A DNA stretch of 62,904 nucleotides, the filler included, from Olpidium bornovanus S191 (lineage: Eukaryota; Fungi; Olpidiomycota): the NCBI GenBank assembly GCA_017911155.1. It is 27 parts of 27 records of this genome, joined end to end, with 100 filler letters (N's around TTAATTAATTAA, not from the genome) between each part and the next. Parts side by side here need not be neighbours in the genome. Positions count along the whole stretch, not along the records: positions 61,205 to 62,904 come from JAEFCI010004599.1; 26 more parts are not named here. One strand, given 5' to 3'. The position numbers and the translations under genes were made by a program. Below the pieces are notes generated by a model, which made no database searches, was not told the origin of the DNA, and worked only from the letters and a program-made list of their open reading frames with translations. Below, piece by piece: positions 61,215-62,904 of this stretch. Every line of letters starts with the position of its first letter. Positions within the stretch are counted from its first letter, which is position 1.

Positions 61215-62446
61215 CTATTTTAGCAGCGACCCTGCGAACCGTTCTTTAGCCGTTTGGTACGCCTGCAACAGCGACTGCTCCGTTATCGGAATCTCCTCAG
61301 ACCGCTTGGAAATACGCGCCATGATCTGCTGCGGGTCAATCTCGAGAACAATCCTGTTTGGAGGCGATTAGAAAGGAACATAAAATAGAAACTTAACCTG
61401 TTGTTCGTCCTGGCGTAGCACTGACGGACAGCGACGCCTTTTCGCCAGTAACGACTTGACCGCCCACCCGGTTTTACCCGTCGTCAATGCATTCGTCTAA
61501 CGCCAGCACGACCAGGTCCATGTTCTCCTGGATCGTCGCTTTCGCTACGTTTTGTCTGGGAAGAAAACGTCGTATCCGAATAAAAATACTCACAAAGTCA
61601 GAGATTGCCACGTCCAGTGGGATGAAGGTGTCACAGCTTGTTTTACGTACAGGCCGGCTCGTGAAACTAAAAAAAAGCTTACTTCAACAGGCCGGCAACG
61701 GCATCATGAAACGAGTTGAGGATTGTTGACAACAGAATCTCGTTCTCGTCCGGATTGCCAACCAGGTAGAAGTACGCATCAACCGAGTTCTTGTAGACGA
61801 TTACGTAGCCATCGTAGAGGATAATCTCACCGGCTGCAGAAGTGGACGAGAACGGAAGAAAGGAAAGACGGGTGGCTTTGGTAAAACGAGGCGCGGCAAG
61901 AGAGGCGCCAGCAGGCCAACTCACGTGTCGCCGCCCGCTTCGTCTTCTCGTGCAGCGACTTCTCAAAGGCGCGCTGGTCTTTGAAATTAGGGTACTCGGT
62001 GCCATAGTACTTTGCCAGGATCCGATTCCCGTCAGCATCCAGGATGACGATCGCCTGCAGGCATGCAGTGGGATTAGACAAGCCGAGTTCCGAGAAGCCA
62101 GAGGATTGCCGAGTTCGTTCCACCGCGGGCCCGCATTCTTCCCAAAAACACGCAGAAAGTGTGGCCGGTATCCGCGGATCTGAGTAAGGTCGAGCGTGAC
62201 GGGCGACGTTTCGCGCGGTGCGGGCGACGCCCAGAACTGCCGGGCGATGCTGGACTAGGGCAGCAGCTGGACGCCGAGCCCTTGTCCGACCGCTGCGGGC
62301 CGCACGGCACCAGCACAAGAACGCGCCGCACGCGAGCAACCCGTTCGCCATCCTTGTCCTCCGCTCTGTTTATTTTTGTTCCCTCGCCCTCAGTGGCCGC
62401 GTAGTTCCATCATCACCTTTGTGGTGTACAAGCTCAGGTTCGCCAT
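61215..62446 (-). CDS. RET3: Coatomer zeta subunit (complete, multi-exon)
   Basis: MANLSLYTTK|AIVILDADGNRILAKYY; QRAFEKSLHEKTK; EIILYDGYVIVYK; DENEILL; ENMDLVVLALDE; IVLEIDP; TAG at 61215. Confidence 0.96.
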
Positions 62447-62721
62447 GTCGCAGCGGCGGCGGCCTCCGCCCGGTCGGCGTCGTTCTCTACAAAAAAAAAA
62501 AAAAAAAAAAAACTCCTTTTTCCTCCTTCTTCCGCGGGGGGGCGCGGGCGGGGGGGGGCGGGGGCCGCCGAGGGGGGCGAAAAACTCGGCGCGGACGGTT
62601 TCGATCAACCCGAAATCCAGCCATTTTTGTTTTTTCACGTGACCGCCGCCGGGCCCCGATCGTCCATCATCATCGTCATCATCTCGGATCGCGCGTTTCT
62701 CTTTCTTCTCTTTTCTCCCCC

Positions 62722-62765
<44 letters not shown>

Positions 62766-62904
62766 CCTTTTTTTTTCCCCCCCCCCCCTTCCCCCCCCCC
62801 CCCCTCCCCCCCCCCCCCCCCCCCCCGAACCCCCCCCCCCCCCCCCCCAGAAACCGCCTTTCCCGGGTCGAAAAAAAACGGCACACGCCACGCCCGCACT
62901 CTCG

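Overview
This window is not one continuous locus. It is a pseudo-scaffold of 27 short contigs (about 1-4 kb) joined by 26 identical 100-bp artificial spacers (N44-TTAATTAATTAA-N44, stops in all six frames), so adjacency across spacers has no biological meaning. The DNA is GC-rich, intron-containing and eukaryotic. The gene set points to a flagellated early-diverging fungus: radial spoke head RSPH4/6, ciliary BROMI/TBC1D32, CotH, an Integrator subunit 2 homolog and fungal-type housekeeping genes. An Olpidium-like organism is my guess, not established. Recognisable, mostly partial genes: RRS1, BROMI, SEC24, ATG8, MPH1/FANCM, U2 snRNA, an LRR protein, a Trs65-like C-terminus, ADE13, SEC17, RSPH4/6, INTS2, CotH, NOG1, an FN2-like/TM/SH3 protein, a DUF2420-like protein, GTR2, BET3, an AstE/AspA peptidase and RET3, plus Copia, Gypsy, pogo and Harbinger remnants. 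Top findings: (1) a miniature LTR element (TRIM) whose ~132-bp LTR is mostly a tRNA-like sequence with Pol III boxes and a TTTT terminator; it has a half-tRNA(iMet)-type PBS, sits in a Copia ORF and carries a nested solo LTR; (2) a complete single-pass membrane protein gene with a fibronectin-type-II-like ectodomain and a cytoplasmic SH3 domain; (3) Integrator and BROMI homologs in a fungus. All homology calls are from recalled motifs, not database searches.
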